Shown here one piece after another: positions 59,906-64,000 of a stretch of 64,000 nucleotides of DNA; position 1 is the first letter of the stretch, and each line of letters starts with the position of its first letter. The position numbers and the translations under genes were made by a program. Origin of the DNA: Setoptus koraiensis (lineage: Eukaryota > Animalia > Arthropoda); NCBI GenBank assembly GCA_048013815.1, contig CM106585.1:3596001-3660000 (forward strand), given 5' to 3'. A model generated the notes under the pieces. It did not search any database and was not told where the DNA came from. It saw only the letters and a program-made list of their open reading frames with translations.

Positions 59906-62900
59906 ACTTGGTAGAGGGCAAACAGAAGACAAGCGATCGACGTCATTCTATCAACAATAGACATCATAACGACAGAGACTTGAGCCAATCCGCAAAAGTT
60001 GATTGCAGCTCCATATTGAAGAACAAGAATAAATTGAAACAATTTTGGCAAAATCAAATGGAAAACGAAGTAAAACTGCGACAGCAGCAGCAGCAACAAG
60101 TATTGTCGTCCGAACTGCATGCGATGTCGCCACCAATAAATGGCGCCGCTAGTCAAAATGGCGTCTCTAATGGCGGACAGGTGAAAGCCGCCATTCAGAC
60201 CATTCGAGAGCACAAACAACAAACTAAAGACGACAACAATAATGTCGCCACATATCAAGATAATCAAGTCAAGACAGCAGCAACAGCAGATAACGCAGCA
60301 GATATAGGCAAAATGCAATCCAAAATGGGCCCAGGTAAACAAGCCAAAGTGTACACTACTGACAGCTACGATGCCGGTGTTGATGGCGACGATGACGAGC
60401 ACGAAGAGGAAGAAGACGACGAAGAAATGACCAGAGAAAAGTTAACTGACCACAAAGGTGACCATTCAAGTATCGCGGGCAACGCGGCCAGCAACACCAA
60501 CGCTAAATCTAATGCAATCAATGCATCATCGGTAGATCAACATACCAACCAACAAAAGCAACAAATAGGTAATGTGGCAATAACGTCAAAATTAGGCAGC
60601 GACGGCGAGAGCGAAGAGTGGAGCAGTCTATCGCCGGCCGAGGTAAACTCATTGGACGGTTTGGATGGCGATCATCAGCATATGAATGATAATGAGGTTG
60701 ATGTTGTTGATGATGGCCATACGACAATAGATCATCACCATTATGATGATGATGATCTCACCGACAATGACGCCAACAATAGCGACACCGCAAAGAATAC
60801 ATTGTTGCTGACCACTGCTAGCACCATAGTTGCCAACAGCACACTGACAGCCGATAACAGTGATTGTGTGTCAGCCAGACATGTTGTTACATCATGCTCG
60901 ACATCGTCGTCGTCATCTAGATCGCCAACACTTGATACTGACGACTCGCAACAGCGACAACAACAACAACAACAATTATCAAATGATAACAATAGCAAAC
61001 AACAGCAACACGATTTTGAATCGATTGTTGACCACAATTTTGAATCGTGGTCAGGCCCAATGTCAACGATTTGCGCAATAATTGAGCCACCAGCTAACGA
61101 TGTTGCCAATGGTAATGTAATGAACGAGCCAACAATAAAAGAGGAAGAAGAGGGAGAAGAAGGAGCGCCGGAAGTAGCGAATAAATGCAACAACAACGCA
61201 GCCACCAGCGCAACCACTGCCAATCAGGCGGGCGAATATTGTTGTTCATTGAATGGCGAGTATGAATCAGACAATAATTTAGACACCGCACCTAGCAGTT
61301 CCATATTGACCGTTGTAACCAATCATTTGCAAACGGATCATTTAGAAGTGGATAAGGTGCAAAGTGATGATTCCTTGGACGGCCCGTCCAGCAAGCCCAA
61401 TCAAACGGTGTCCGTTGCGGTCAGTAACGCGGACGACAATGCAAATTGTGCTGCAGACAGTGCTGCAGATCGTGACGCGACAATACAGGCCGAACAAGAG
61501 GCACCCATGAGCTCGGATGAGGTGCCCACGGTATTTGAGAGTCTGCATTTCGGCGACGAGCCAGCCAGACTGTTGGACTCTTTGGACAACAAAGCAACCA
61601 ACAACAAAGGTATTGGCAAACAGAGACAACGGGATGGCTTGCTCAGCATTAAATATCCACCGCAACAACAACAACAACAACAACAGGTGAATACAGGTGG
61701 CGATAGACAGAGTCAAGATGCAAATCAAGACAATGGCACAGCCACAACACCGGCAGGCGCTAACAACAAACTGAGTTTCAAAGATGTCAACCAAGTGTGT
61801 CAAATGATTCAATTAGCCATTGATGATGCAGACGAGGCAACGGCAAAACAACAGCAGCAGCAACAGCAACAACAAATTAACAACAACAGCGAGGCACACG
61901 ACGACGCCGAGACCGATCTCAATAAAGCGAATGACAGTGCCGCTAACATGATCAAGCAGCAAAGGCAAACAACAAATCAATTAAGTGAAATATTTGAGGC
62001 TAATGTGAAGCGTGGAGTGAAAAAATTTGAATTCAATGGCCTAAATAACAAGGATGGCATGCAAATGGCGCCAGTTAATGGTCATTTGGACAGAGTGAAA
62101 AAGAATTCAATTATCAATAATGATGAAGTTGTTGACGGAGCCAGCGACGGTGGCGAACTGTTGAAATTAGTGGATAAAAAGAGTTATTTAACTGAAATGA
62201 AAATTGCTCAAGAGATAAGAGAATTCAATGAACGAGAACAAGAGTTACGTAAGCGTCATCACAATTATCTATTGGAGCTTAGAGCAAATGAGCCGTCATA
62301 CAATGCTGATGATGCAAGCGCTAATAATAAAACAACAACGGCAATTAGGGACAATGAGCATTCTATTAGTCAGATTACATTATCGTCATCGGCGTCATCA
62401 TCGTTGACACTGTCATCATCGTCGGCGTTGTCATCTTGCGTATTATCGCCACAACCGCCTGTGCCAAAACAGCGACAAACAACGCAAATAAAATCACAAT
62501 TGAAACAAGTAATGGACAACAACAGTAGCAGCAGTAGTATCGATGATGATACTACTGCTGCTGTTAATGACCAGGCTATCAAGACTGACGATGCAACTAG
62601 CACTGCCCAATTGGAATTGGCCACAAACGGGGGTATTAGTTTGGAGGAACGAAAGAAACCATTTAATCAGCAGGCATCATTGCTGTCAGCAGCATCATTA
62701 GGCAATCAAAATGTATCATCGAGCCCCACTAAACAACAGCAATTGATCAATAATAAGAATTTAGTTAGTCACATAGTTAAGGGATTTGAGCAACAAGTGG
62801 TGACAACCAACGACAACAGCCAACAGCTCGGCTTGAAACAATCAAAGCTGATGACATTTAGCAAATCAACGCCATCTTTATTGCACGGCAAGGACACACA

Positions 62901-63719
62901 AACAGTCACAATGGGCTCGCCGGATAAAAGTGGCACCAGCAATGCCAGCCAAGATGACACCTATAAATTGGCGCCGGACAGTGACAGAAGCAGATCAAAT
63001 GATTGTGATCAAGACAAGGACAAGGCAACACCAACAACAACAACTATACCGCATAAGCTTGCCGATGTTGGCAACAACAGCAACACAAAACACCACAACA
63101 CCAGATATGCCATCAATGGTGGCAATCACAACAGCAGCAGCAACAACAACGGCAACAACAACGGCAACAACAACGAATCGTTATGTAAATTAGCGACACC
63201 ATTTAGAAATAATCTGAGATGTATAAGCACGCCCATATTTGTTGTACAAACAAACAATTTGTCGCCATCGTTGTCACCTAATCAACATAAAACTGTAATT
63301 AGTATGCACAAATTTATAAATAGTCGCGGTACAAAATTGTATCATCACACCCAGCACAACTATTCATCTTCTACATCATCATTGAATAGCATTGGCATGA
63401 CTGGAAAAAACAATGGTGATAAAACAACAATTGTAAAGAACACAAATAAGCCACAATCATTAACTCAAGTTATTAGTCAACAACCACAAGTTCCCGTTGC
63501 ACCCGGCACAACAAGGGCAGTAATAGAGTCATTTACTAAACAACAACAACAGCAGCAACAACAACAGCCAATTGTAATTAGGAAATTAAACCAAGATGAA
63601 CACATCACCAAATCATCGGATGGCCCAATCAACGCGTCCAGTGGTACTGTTTGTCTGTCGGCCGAATACAAAATACAAGCCGAACTCATAGAGATGAGAG
63701 CCAGAGAAGAGGAGCTCAG
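59906..63719 (+). CDS. Large internal exon (3.8 kb) of a low-complexity, coiled-coil-motif protein (AKAP2/PALM2-AKAP2/MISP-like C-terminal motifs)
   Basis: 1285-codon stop-free frame; acceptor CTATACATAG|AC (phase 1); donor GAGCTCAG|GTGAGT (phase 2). Two copies of a KIxxE(I/L)xE.xxRExELR motif (EMKIAQEIREFNEREQELRKR; EYKIQAELIEMRAREEELR). The family assignment is from memory of the motif and needs an HMM check. The upstream exon(s) were not identified. Confidence 0.85.
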
Positions 63720-63862
63720 GTGAGTGATTCGCTACAAAATAACCTTGTGCATAAACGATTTCTATTGAATTTTCTATTAATTTTTTATTTTGTTTTATTT
63801 TGTTTTATTTTGTTTCTTGCACTGTCCAAAAAACCATGTCCACGAAAATCGTCTGTGATTAG

Positions 63863-64000
63863 GATACTGCGGGCAAAATTGAGCCCCAATGACAAACTGT
63901 CCAAGCAGATGGGTTCGTTGACCAATATTGAAAACAATCCAATGCAACTCGTCGAACCTAGATCCACCAGCAACGGAAATAGTGCGCAAAAATCAGGCAC
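63863..64000 (+). CDS. Next exon of the same gene (partial, runs off the window)
   Basis: After a 143-bp intron with a T-rich tract, acceptor GTGATTAG|G. The phase-2 join gives ...EEELRILRAKLSPNDKLSKQMGSLTNIENNPMQLVEPRSTSNGNSAQKSG, open to the end of the window. Confidence 0.75.

Overview
Eukaryotic genomic DNA, not prokaryotic: it has GT-AG introns, an HP1 gene, abundant microsatellites and a 94-N scaffold gap at 37157-37250. It looks like an arthropod. An acariform mite is my inference, based on intronless housekeeping genes, poly-Q/N/T proteins and a tenectin-like gene; the taxon cannot be confirmed from the sequence alone. Supported genes: (1) intronless HP1/chromobox (-); (2) divergently transcribed, intronless NDUFAF7/MidA (+); (3) a 4-exon, ~2677-aa secreted mucin-like protein with five VWC domains (tenectin-like, -), whose last exon is missing from the ORF track; (4) a tandem array of unusual S1 serine proteases (two complete copies plus a third cut by the gap), the two complete copies each followed directly by a decayed second protease domain; (5) a 3-exon secreted Gly/Ala/Lys-rich structural protein (-); (6) a large low-complexity coiled-coil gene with two AKAP2/MISP-like motifs that runs off the right end (+). 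The non-coding DNA holds a hAT-type MITE with a perfect 8-bp TSD, two foldback elements and many short tandem repeats. It also shows about 30 RTTAYGYAAY (PAR-bZIP/C/EBP-type) sites and a ~2.2-kb unit present twice in inverted orientation ~25 kb apart, with a conserved TATA box and AATAAA but no conserved ORF. Most short ORFs in the supplied track are microsatellite-driven or antisense artefacts. I found no tRNA, rRNA or CRISPR array.
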